A stretch of DNA of 63,957 nucleotides, filler included, from Octopus bimaculoides (lineage: Eukaryota), in the NCBI RefSeq assembly GCF_001194135.2. It is 5 parts of 4 records of this genome, joined end to end, with 100 filler letters (N's around TTAATTAATTAA, not from the genome) between each part and the next. Parts side by side here need not be neighbours in the genome. Positions count along the whole stretch, not along the records: positions 1 to 16,368 come from NC_068989.1; positions 16,469 to 23,548 come from NC_068992.1; 3 more parts are not named here. One strand, written 5' to 3'. Position numbers and translations under genes: made by a program. Of this stretch, positions 11,215 through 22,033 are shown one piece after another (position 1 is the stretch's first letter; every line of letters begins with the position of its first letter). The notes beneath the pieces are model-generated. The model did no database searches. It had not been told where the DNA came from and worked only from the letters and a program-made list of their open reading frames with translations.

Positions 11215-14195
11215 AAAGGGTGTCATATGCTGGTGAGTTTGCAGTTGATTTTTTGTGTGCCATATTATATCGTTTATTGCTGTTAATGTTGAACCATCGT
11301 TGTTGAATTGTTATCTGGAAAAATTGTTATTTACGGACTTTGTTGAAAAATTGTTTGCCTCCCCTACGGGTGAAGGATTTGAAACTTTGAACTATTGCTT
11401 TTTGTGAACTGTTATATTGTCATGGAGGTCAATAACAACGGTGAGAAGAGAAACTATGCGGAAGTCACCAATGTGGTGTACAAAAATGTAAACGTGCCCA
11501 GAACGAACTTTCAGGCATGTTATACCATGCTCACAGTGGATGGGGGAGATGTTCGCATCTCACCACCAAGTGAATTCACCAATAAAGAGATAACAGGACC
11601 ATCGTCTATAAATGCTTTGATGTAATGGAAAAAAAAAGATTGTAATATTGGAGAAAGAAAAAATTGAGAAGTGCCTCGGGTCACTTTGGAATGATATTAC
11701 TTACGTGGCATGAGACAAAAGGTTTGCCTTCACAGAGGTGCGCTTTAAGGACGCAGAAACGGCAAGAAAACATTCAGTCACAACACTGACAGCTACAGAA
11801 GTAACATTGCTACCCTCGTGTCTGGGACGTAGAACGTCCCGAGTCAAAATGAAAGAAGTGCCGCCAGAGCTAGATATACGTTGGATTATTGCGGCGCTCT
11901 GGTATAGCAGAGAAGATAAAATCAATATTTTGCAAATTACACGTTCTGTCCACCCCACCCAAACTTACTGGGACAGAACGTAGAAATCCTGATTCAGGCC
12001 ACACCAATGGACCTTGAAGAAATCCCCGATCGAACGGAATCGGGGATGAAACTATTTTAAAAATACAGGTCGAGGGGAAGAAGCCGCGCTGCTACAAGTG
12101 TGGAAAAAAGACCACATAAGAGCAGTATGCGGTGCCTCAAAAACAAAGGATGGCGATGAGTACCCCCATCCCTCGACTAGAAAAAAACAGAAAAAAAAAC
12201 AGGAGAAGCGAAAGAAAAAAAGTGAAGCAAAAAAAAATTGAAGCCAAAAACAAAAAAGGAAGAAATAAGCGAAGATCCCTCCTCCGGCAGACGACATGAA
12301 GGCCGCCATAACGGAGGAGGAATTTCAAGAGGTGAAAAGGAAACCAAATAAAAGACAGTGTATGTCACCCACACCTTCCCAGCCCCATATACTCAGAAAA
12401 AATGAACCACATCACCCACAAAAATACCAAGACCCCCACCCCTTACCCATAAGGCCCCCACAGACACGAAGACACTGGTCAGATATAACAAAAAGGACAT
12501 ATACCTGGATGACATTATCACAAAACACCAACTATCCAAGGTATATTGTGTAAGCGGGTATGCCCGTATAGATCTTACATTATATTAACAATTGAAAGAC
12601 AGAAAAGTGGGGGATATCTACAAAGTAAGTAAGCTACCGAAGCTCTTAGACTCGCCACCCTAGACCGAAGAAGAAACAAAGAAAGGTATGGAAAGGAAAC
12701 AGGTAGTGACACTGAGGGTAATACCTCTTTAACCAGCAAAAGTAAGTTTCCTTTTTTACCTTTGGATGGCTGATATGAATGTCGGTTGCCTGAATGTACT
12801 TGTCTTGAGCTCGAAGTGGAAGCAGGCATGTTTTTGTGATGACCTCAGGTCACATAGACTGTATGTGATGGCGGCTACAAAGACCAAGCTGGACGACTTA
12901 CGAACCTTCTCGGCACTCCTGAATGGCTATGAGAAAATAATGTCTCCTAGCCAGACCGGAGGTCGTGGAGGGGTAGTAGTGTTGCTCGTAAAAACTTGGT
13001 TCTGCAGACTAGAACAATTTTTGTTGATCCGGAAGGTGAGTTGATCGTTCTCGACTTGACATACATCGGTAAGGACCTGAGGTTGATAGGCATCTATGTA
13101 CCCTGTGCTATTGGTAAACAAAACGATTTCTATCGACGCCTCGAGAACTTTCTCATGACGTCAAGGACATTAGTCGTGTTAGGTGACTTTAACGCTATTT
13201 TGGACGCACGCCTGGATAGCGTTGGCTCGGCATATAGGAAAGGATGCTTACGCCTCACCGGTTTGCTTATGCGTTTTCAGTTGGCAGATAGGTACAGACT
13301 GGAGCACTCGACTGTCCCAATGTGAACCTGGACAAATGGCAACGGGTCGCTAAGGTCTTATCTAGACAGAGTGGATGGAAGACAGTAATCGCGTACGCGG
13401 ATGATGTCAAAGGGCAGCTACTTTGTGTGGAAAACGCCATCAGAAGATACGAAGCGGTGGCAGGAGCAAGTATTAATCAGGATAAGTCGGTCGGCTTGCA
13501 GTTTGGCACTTGAAGGAACAAGTCGATGTCATCCAAAAACGTCGTGGAATGCTAGGGTCCTGTTAAGATACTAGGGGTCTGGTAAGGTCCAGACCTCCCT
13601 ATAGAGAAGAACTGGATGAGGTCACAAGCAAGGTAACAGCCCTAACCCATACCTGGTATGGAAGGGCGTTATCGCTGCTAGGAAGGGTGGAGGTGGCACG
13701 GGTAAAGAGCGGAAGGAGAAAAAGGAGACGGTGGAAGGAGAGCCAGCCACGACGGAGGAAGTAGCACCTTTGACAACTTCTACAGAGGTAAGTGACGGTG
13801 AATGGCAGGTTGCTGGGAGGAAGAGGAAAAAGAAAATTACTCGTTCTCTCCCTCCCACAAACAAAAAAAGCCAAAAATTACGAGACTTTACAAACAGGAA
13901 CACACACGAATATTTAACAACAGAAACAAACGAAAAGAATAATAAAGAAGAAAAATCACAAAAAAACTGAGGTGACTACTCCAAGCAAAGTGAAAAAGAA
14001 AAACTTTGATAATTTATATTAGTTTTAAAAAATATTCAATGAATTTTCCTGGGTCGTGGGACTCCGGTGACCATCATTTCATCTTTTTCATTTATTAATC
14101 ATACATTTTCTCATTCGATTTTTTCTTTTTTGACCCCACTTGTAATGTTCTGTATCGTACCCTCTTTGTGCAGTTCCTTGTGGATAATAAAGAAT
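11215..14195 (+). mobile_element. Tx1/L1-clade LINE, decayed and internally deleted (ORF1 zinc knuckle, APE endonuclease, RT remnant, 3' UTR)
   Basis: ORF1 MEVNNNGEKRNYAEV... with CYKCGKKDHIRAVC knuckle (~12078-12130). APE motifs VGCLNV, GGRGGVVVLL, LIGIYVP and LVVLGDFNAILD (12770-13325). RT motif IAYADDV (~13390). 3' end gtggataataaagaa (~14190). Ends are approximate. Confidence 0.85.
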
Positions 14196-15259
14196 CAAAG
14201 AGTGTTGTATGCACAGCTATATATTATAGGGAGAGTCGTAGAAGCTATAAAGAAGAGATATCGTGGATTACGTGTTGGTGATTTGAACAGTTGGTGAATG
14301 AGTATACTATAAGTCCGCAACTACATTAAAACATCATAACAGTAGAATACATTTTCTACCATAAACTCAGTCGATCAAAGCTTTGTAAGTGTAGTTTGCT
14401 AAATGGAAACTGTGGGAAAGCTTTCAGAAGGACTCTTTCCCTTTTTAGGTGTTTGATTTAATCCGTTGGCTAGTTTATCATCATACCACCACCACTATCA
14501 CCACCACCACTATCACCACCAATACAACCAGCATCAGCACCATTACTAGCACCAGCGCCATCACCAGCACCCCCCCACCACCGCCACCACCTATCTTGCT
14601 TTTGGCTTTCTTTAGTTGGATTCACTGTTGCACGCATTAAAACCCAGTGACCAGTCTGAGATTAAACTCGTCCCCTCTCGGTACCCTTTCCAGGGCCCTA
14701 AACAGTCATGGATGCTGGTATCCCTCCTCTTCCAAAGCCATAAAAAAACGTTACTCGTCTTTGTACCAGGTGGTAATGTAGGAATGCAACTTACACAATC
14801 ATATATTGATGTTTGAAAGATATTTTACTTTGGCGAAAATACTAGAAAACAGAGCTCAAGTTAATATCATGGACTCAGTTATTGCAGTAAAGTTTTGCAT
14901 TTTTTCTTTTTGCAAAGACGGATTTGCATTCCTGGAAGAAATCGAGAAGAAATTTAAATAATTTAATTAAGTTTTGATTATAATAAATTTAATAAACAGA
15001 TTATAGTTAATAAACAGATTACAGTAGTGTTCGGCTTTTCAGAATTGGTTTCTTTGAAATTGAAAAACATAAATCAAGTCAAAGATGAGGCAGCTCCCTC
15101 TCTTTCACACACACACGCATACACTCACACACATACGCAGACACACACTCACAGAAACACAAACACATACACTCACATAAAACATACACATACATGTAGT
15201 GTAACGACCGCGGTTAAACTCTATATATGTATATGCATATGTATATATGTATATATACA

Positions 15260-15379
<120 letters not shown>

Positions 15380-15406
15380 GAATAATATATATATATATAT
15401 GCATAT

Positions 15407-15853
15407 ATGGGTACAGAACGTCACCAACTGTGTAAACAACATGAAGTACGAAAACAAACGAGTTAAATACGCAAACAACGAGAGAAAAAATCGAAAGCAG
15501 GACAAGTAAACACAGGGAACGACCCTTCATCAGTTGTTGGCTGTATATATACTCCTCATTTTGAGTATTCAACGACAATATGAGTCTTCAGTGACAGTTG
15601 CTCCCATAAATTCCCAAATAAAATTTTGGATTTATGGAAGGTCAAAGTTAGGAACAAAAACAGAACGTGTGAGCAACGAGGGAAAGAAAAGAGAAACAGG
15701 GAGAGAGAGAAAAAGAGAGACAGACAGATAGAAAGCGGTGAAGGGAAGAAAAAGGGAATTAGAGAAGGATGGGGGAGAAAACAGTATAGAGTAGAGTCGC
15801 ATCAAAAAGGTTAAGATAAACTTACTTGGAATTGGATGTGTGGCTTTCAATTA

Positions 15854-15907
<54 letters not shown>

Positions 15908-16080
15908 ATATATATGGCTACAGGACGTCACCAACTGTGTAAGCAACATGAAGTACGAAAACAAACGAGTAAAATACGCAAACAACGAATGGAAAAAGGG
16001 AAAACAGGACAAATAAACACAGAGAAAGACCCTTCATCAGTCGTCGGCTGTCTATCTATTCCTCATTTCGAGCATTCAAC
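15407..16080. repeat. Two direct copies (15407-~15680 and 15914-16080) of an interspersed repeat, possibly Penelope-type terminal repeat fragments
   Basis: Near-identical g-tacag-acgtcaccaactgtgtaa-caacatgaagtacgaaaacaaacgag...gacccttcatcagt in both copies. Each has only the CUGAUGA half of a hammerhead on the minus strand. Confidence 0.6.
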
Positions 16081-16321
16081 TGTCAGGCCAAGAAAGAAAG
16101 ATCATAGCTGGTCGAACACTGGTCACGTAGAAAGAAGAGAGAGGGTAGGTGACAGCTGGATAGAAGGAATAGAGAAATACTCAAAGAGACAGATGGAAAG
16201 TTACGGGGAGATAAACGAGGATCAAGAAAACGAAAAGAGGAAGAAAGTATGAGGGGGCTAAAAGAAACAAAATTTAGATAATACTTACTATAAGGTGAGC
16301 AAAAGTATACATACGCCGCTA

Positions 16322-16368
<47 letters not shown>

Positions 16369-16412
16369 NNNNNNNNNNNNNNNNNNNNNNNNNNNNNNNN
16401 NNNNNNNNNNNN

Positions 16413-16424
16413 TTAATTAATTAA
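16413..16424. other. Assembly linker TTAATTAATTAA inside a 100-nt N spacer (also 23593-23604, 36809-36820, 62696-62707)
   Basis: Identical 12-mer with stops in all six frames, centred in N runs four times. Confidence 0.9.
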
Positions 16425-16480
16425 NNNNNNNNNNNNNNNNNNNNNNNNNNNNNNNNNNNNNNNNNNNNATATATATATAT

Positions 16481-16527
<47 letters not shown>

Positions 16528-17159
16528 CATACATACATACATACATACATACATACACATATACATATATACCAATACATACATACCTGCATACATTATA
16601 TACATACGTACTTAAGTAGATACGCACGATGGATCAATTCTCGAGATTCAGCTGCTATTTCTAGAAGTGTTGCCACTGCTTAAACGATCCCTCTTTAGCT
16701 CGTCTTTTTATGTTTTCGATACTTTAGAACCATGCAATCAATATTTTTAACCAATAATTGCCCAGAGTTAATAAATGGAGCTTTATCGCTTTATTTCCAT
16801 TATCTAGTCCCTCGAGAAATACAGAAATATCACAACTTGCTATTTCTGTTTCCATAAAACATCACGGCTTTCAATGGTTAACGACAAAACTGTTAGAGCC
16901 GATGGTCTGATTATATCTTTGGTTAGTGCTAATCCCGTGGCCATTCCGTGTCAATTACGCCACTAATATACAAGCAGGAAGTTTGCACATTAAAACTTTG
17001 CATGTTACCAGTAGAAGAGGACTTAGCTTTCATGTCTACGTAAATTACAATTTTTGTTGTTCTCAATGGGGGTAGCATTATCATAGCAATTTCTACGTGT
17101 AATTGATGGTTTTTGCTGGCATTTACCATGGACCAATTCGTGTAGCTTTTGAATAGGCT

Positions 17160-17212
<53 letters not shown>

Positions 17213-17289
17213 CATCGTGGTCGTGGTCGTGGTGGCGGCGTCGGTGGTGGCGGCGTCGGTGGTGGTGGTTGTGGTGGTGGTTGTTGTAA

Positions 17290-17325
<36 letters not shown>

Positions 17326-17335
17326 CGGCGTCGGC

Positions 17336-17366
<31 letters not shown>

Positions 17367-17436
17367 GTAATAATAATAGCAGTGGTAGTAGTAGCAGTTG
17401 TTGTAATATCTCTCCTTCCTGTTTCATTCACTGCAG

Positions 17437-17550
17437 TCTTAAAGTTCATTCGGTGCATACCGACAAAATTAGGATTCAATTCCAAGTGTCTGAAATGCCT
17501 AGAGCCAAAGATTTACACGGTTTTCTGCAATCATTTATTATTTCATGTTC
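17437..17550 (+). pseudogene. Fibronectin type III-like exon remnant, copy 1
   Basis: Strong acceptor tctctccttcctgtttcattcactgcag|. Reads LKVHSVHTDKIRIQFQVSEMPRAKDLHGFLQSFIISCS, resembling FN3 strands A-C. Its paralog at 18820-18995 differs mainly at synonymous sites in this frame. Confidence 0.45.
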
Positions 17551-18031
17551 AATAAAAAAAAAATTAATAATAATAATAATAATAATAAAAAGTTCCGGTA
17601 TTTCTAAAGTAAATACAATTCAACTTTTATCGTTTCTGATAAAAACTGACGTCACTTGAAGAAATGACCAACGAATCGTTTTGCTCGACTTCTAGTTCCT
17701 TGTAAACAGCTTAATTGATCTGATGGAATATCATTGAAATATTTAAATACGATATTTGTGTAACTTAGAGTCGTAATTTAGTCGCAATCGTCAGCATACT
17801 TGAAAGTTAGCCTAAATATTAAATTGAATAAAAGTACATCTTTAATTATGATAGCAATTATTCTCTGACAGCAGGTTGAACAACAACGTAAAACTAAACG
17901 AGAGATGATTTCGAAATGAAGCGGAAAGTAATTCTAACCTAAACAGTACGGTAATAACTGAAGATATGCATCTGCGTAGTGTACTCTATCTTGGCAGGGA
18001 GTATGATAATAATATTGCTGGATATTTAAAA

Positions 18032-18255
18032 GGCAGCGAGCTGGCAGAGACGTTTGCGGGCGAAATGCTTGGCAGTATTTCGTCTTTCTTTACGTTCTGA
18101 GTTAAAATTCTGTCGAGGTCGACTTTGCCTTTCATCCTTTCGGGGGCGATACATTAAGTACTAGTTAAGAACTGGGGTCGATTTAATCGACTGCTTCCTA
18201 CTCCCCACGCCCTTTAAAATTTCGGGCTTTCTGCCTAGAGTAGAAAAGAGTATTG
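18032..18255 (+). mobile_element. tRNA-derived SINE, family A
   Basis: ggcagcgagctggcaga...ttctgagtt-aaattc...gaggtcgactttgcctttcatcctttcgggg...ctggggtcgat. Many copies in the window. Confidence 0.9.
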
Positions 18256-18293
18256 TAATAATAGTTTTTGTTTATTTATTTAATTTTTCTTCC

Positions 18294-18510
18294 AAGGCGA
18301 TGACCTACCAGAATTGTTGGCACGCCGGGCAACATGCTGAGCAGTATTTCGTCCCTCTTGTTCTGATTTCAAATTTTTCCGAGGTCAGCTTTCCGTTTCA
18401 ACTTTTCAAGGGCGATAAAATAAAGTCCAGTGCAATACTAGTGTCGATATAGTTTACTATCACCCTCCACCATCCCTCGAAATTACTGGCCTTGTGCCAA
18501 AGCTTAAAAT
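18294..18510 (+). mobile_element. tRNA-derived SINE, family A (diverged)
   Basis: Same architecture as 18032-18255. Confidence 0.8.
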
Positions 18511-18549
18511 GTGTGGTTATGTCGGTATAATCGGTATTGCGAAAATAAA

Positions 18550-18755
18550 GGTTTCAAATTCTGGCACAAGGCCAGCAATTTCGGGATAGAAGAAGTCGAT
18601 TTCATCGACCCCGGTGCTCAACTAGTATTCATTTTATCGACCCCGAAAGGGGAAGAAGTTAAGCCGACCCCGGCAGCGTTTGAACTCAGAACGTAAAGAA
18701 ACGCTGCTAAGTATTTCCACCCAGCGCGCTGACGATTCTGCCAGCCCTCCGCCTT
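18550..18755 (-). mobile_element. tRNA-derived SINE, family A (inverted partner of 18294-18510)
   Basis: ggcacaaggcc...tcgaccccg...tttgaactcagaacgtaaag...ctgccagc..cgcctt is the reverse complement of family A. Confidence 0.9.
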
Positions 18756-18819
18756 ATTGTAATAACACTCCTCGTTCGCATCCTCGAGTTACTAACTGTT
18801 CTGGTTCTTCTTGTTCGTG

Positions 18820-18995
18820 TTGCAATATCATCTCTCTCTTTACTGTTTCATTCACTGATGTTTTGGAAGTTCATTCAGTGCACACCAACAAAACAGGATC
18901 GAATTTTAAATGTATCGAACGTTGGAAACTGTACAGATATTTCTGGAATAAGACACTTGATGACCAATGGATATTAAAAGAAGTGGATTTCAAAT
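18820..18995 (+). pseudogene. FN3-like exon remnant, copy 2 (acceptor AG lost, frameshift, stop)
   Basis: Aligns to 17410-17500. cactgcag has become cactgatg. Reads LEVHSVHTNK, then a 1-nt deletion, then RIEF*. Confidence 0.45.
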
Positions 18996-19314
18996 GAATC
19001 AGGAAGCGAATCGATCGAACTTCCGTGTAAATAAAAACAAAGGAGGAGGTTAATGGGCCAAACAACTTTAATTATGCTTAGAAACTAATCTCTGAAGTTT
19101 CCATACAAAATGTTTGGACTTCTTCCAATATTGGTCTGGATTAAATGGAAGCCAATGTAAACAATGTACTTCACGCTTCCGTTGTATTTGCATAATAATG
19201 GAGTTTAATTCTTTCGTCTGGTACCACATGGAGTTGGATCCATTGCCAATATGCCGCTATTGATGTTATTATTGTTACAGATCTAAAGAGTAGGCACACA
19301 CACACACACACACA

Positions 19315-19352
<38 letters not shown>

Positions 19353-19693
19353 TTATATATATATTTCTATCTATGTATCTATCTATCTCCTGCTCTCTCT
19401 CTATCTCTCTCCCTATCTCTCTCTCACACGCATACACACACATACACACACATTTGTTTATCTTCAACAATTCTGTATGTTTCCTATCATTCGATGTGGT
19501 TAGCCAGGTCTGGACTATATCAGGGTGCTAATAAGATATCTACCCGGAATGCAAACCCTTATTCTTTTGCATTACTTACACACGTACACGCATATGTATT
19601 GCAGTCCCTTTCTAATTTTGTTTTCCTGTGTGATTGGCGTTGGTTTACTTATTGGTTCACTTCAGCAAAACGTTTATTGAGCAATTAATAAGC

Positions 19694-19995
19694 ACATTAT
19701 TTACATTTGACGGATATTTGTTCTCATCTTGTTTGTTGTTAACACAACGTTTCGGCTGATATACTCTCCAGCCTTCATCAGGTGTCTTGGGTAACTTTCG
19801 AACCTGGGTTCTCATTCTTAAGGTATTTTTCGATGAGAACCCAGGTTCGAAATTTCCCCACGGCACCTGCTGAAGGCTGGAGGGTATAACAGCTGAGAAG
19901 TTGTGTTAACAACAAACAAGAAGAGGACAAATATACGTTAAATGTAAATAATGTAAATAATGTACATAATTCCTCATCTCTTAAATATAGAACTG
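19694..19995. mobile_element. Inverted-repeat (hairpin) element with a hammerhead motif in each arm; probable non-autonomous Penelope-like derivative
   Basis: Left arm 19694-19815 is the reverse complement of right arm 19833-~19954, with a 17-nt spacer. A second copy lies at 54691-55150. Confidence 0.8.
19741..19786 (-). ncRNA. Minimal type I hammerhead ribozyme (core intact, extra A between A9 and G10.1)
   Basis: Minus strand: gacac CUGAUGA a ggcug-gagaguauau-cagcc GAAAC GUU guguu. Stem I is gacac/guguu, stem II ggcug/cagcc, and helix III is the palindrome AACGUU. Confidence 0.75.
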
Positions 19996-20671
19996 AATTA
20001 ATAAGCAACCCATCTGAAGATGCAGGGATCTTTTCTTCTATTCTGTTTTTTTTTTCTTCTAAGATTTGGCTGCTGTGAACGGCCATGTAGAATCCTTCTT
20101 GAAGATTGTCACTTTAGCGTAAAGTACAAAACAGCGTATAGCGAAAGTGTCGATATGTAATATGACATAACTAATGGCGTCCCGTATTTTGTTTTGGGTG
20201 TCGTACGGTTATGCAATATAATGCGTAGAAGCATGCTATTTATTCAACTACATAATTGTTTATTGATAAAAGCAGCAATATATTCCAGCCAATATCATAA
20301 TAGATAATTAAGTTAAATACCTTAACCTTCAACATTAAACTCATATACCATTAAAATAAGGAAAAGAAAAAAGTAAGAATTGTTTTCTTTTTTGCTCTGT
20401 AGTTAATTAGCGTCAAATAATCTACATCCAAATGAAGATTGCATTCGCGTTAGAATATGCCAGACTACATTCCAGGCGAAAGAGGGTGCCAGTATATTTA
20501 ATGTATTGAACATCACAATTTAAAATAGAATAAAACATGCCGAGATCAAAATTATCTTTATTGATCATTAATTGTCTCTTACTTTCTGAGAAGTAGAGCA
20601 GACAAATCTGGATATTGTTATGCATGATTTTAGCGGCAGCAGTGAAGAATTGTCTCGCAGTACCAGGACGA

Positions 20672-20874
20672 AATATTCTTTTCTACTGTAGGCACTAGGC
20701 CTGAAATTTTGCGGGAGGGGTTAGTCGATTAGATCGACCACATTACGCAACTGGTACTTGATTTATCAACCCCGCGGGATAAAAAGCAAAGTCGACCTCG
20801 GCGGAATTTGGATTCAGAAAATAAAGACAAGCGTTTCGCCCAGCGTGCTAACGTTTCTGCCAGCTTACCGCCTT
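20672..20874 (-). mobile_element. tRNA-derived SINE, family A
   Basis: Reverse complement of the family A consensus, ending ctgccagcttaccgcctt. Confidence 0.9.
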
Positions 20875-21043
20875 AACAGAATGAAACATTTGTGAACCCA
20901 CCCTTATATAAAAGCACAACCAGCAACCTACACAGAAATATAGGGTTAATACTAGATAAGATACCAATTTACGTAACTAATTTACGTCCAATTACACCAT
21001 TTGCAAGATTCACTCTACTTTAATATTGTACTTTCGTTAACAG

Positions 21044-21075
21044 GCAATGGTCTTCCCTCCGACAAGATCATAAAG
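21044..21075 (+). CDS. Candidate 32-nt coding micro-exon (GNGLPSDKIIK or QWSSLRQDHK)
   Basis: Acceptor tactttcgttaacag| and donor aag|gtaaga flank unique sequence. Two frames are open. Confidence 0.4.
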
Positions 21076-21224
21076 GTAAGACTATTCTCAGACAGTTAAT
21101 ACTACTGCTACAAATACTATTGTGGCTTCTGCTGTTTCTATGGTTCTTTATTGCTGTGGCTGTTCATATTGCTAACATTGATTCCAATAGTGTACACAAT
21201 TGCTAATGTTCCAGCAGCTGAACA

Positions 21225-21300
21225 TCTTCTTCTTCTTCTTCTTCTTCTTCTTCTTCTTCTTCTTCTTCTTCTTCTTCTTCTTCTTCTTCTTCTTCTTCTT

Positions 21301-21331
<31 letters not shown>

Positions 21332-21522
21332 ATGCAGCTACATTTGATCCGTTTCGGTCGCTAATTTTCTCGTCGTTACACTTCATGAATCTAGATTTAT
21401 CTCATTGACTTATCGGTATTTTTCTCGCAGATAAAACAGCTGTATTTGTTGTTGTTTTTGTTGTCGTTGTTGATGCTGTTGGTATTGTTGTTGTTGTTGT
21501 TGTTGTTGTTGTTCTTCTTCTT

Positions 21523-21589
<67 letters not shown>

Positions 21590-21995
21590 TTTATCCTTTC
21601 TTACACTTCTTCCTCTACGTCTTCTTCACCCTCTTCCCTTCATCCCCTTCCTCTTCTTGTAGTAGATGTCGATGACGATTGAAATGAGATAACAACGACG
21701 ACGACGACGATGATGATAATGATGATGATGATGATGATTAGACGATGCTGTTTCTATGGCTGATGATGATGACCACGATGTTGATGATGATGATGATGAC
21801 TATAAAGATGAAGATGAACATTGATTATATTAACCGATTCCACTGATGCCTATCATACCTAACGAATATGAAGATAACGATCACAATGTTATCGATTAAG
21901 TCGGTGAGGACGGCGATGGTAATTAATAAGACTAGCCTGATGGAGAAGGTTACGCTGACGATGACGATGACGATGATGATGACGACGACGACGAC

Positions 21996-22033
<38 letters not shown>

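Noticed and set aside
14174-14295. AG...GT-flanked open segment (possible exon)
   Set aside because: The acceptor lies within the Tx1 3' UTR/poly-A signal region, and there is no independent support.
14880-14962. KDGFAFLEEIEKKFK*, reminiscent of a longin-domain helix
   Set aside because: The match is too short, there are no flanking homologous exons, and chance similarity is likely.
15521-16045. Hammerheads at CUGAUGAagggtc (15527-15533 and 16034-16040, minus)
   Set aside because: No downstream stem II closure or GAAA in either copy, and the permuted fold also fails. These are half-motifs only.
16413-16424. Recurrent TTAATTAATTAA islands inside gaps (4 occurrences)
   Set aside because: A six-frame-stop contig linker in a fixed 100-nt spacer. 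It is an assembly artefact, and adjacency across these joins (e.g. the two Tc1 elements) is not proven.
17123-17485. Mucin-like poly-Thr ORF on the minus strand
   Set aside because: It is built from (GTA)n/(GTG)n microsatellites. The unique flank is better explained by the + strand exon remnant.
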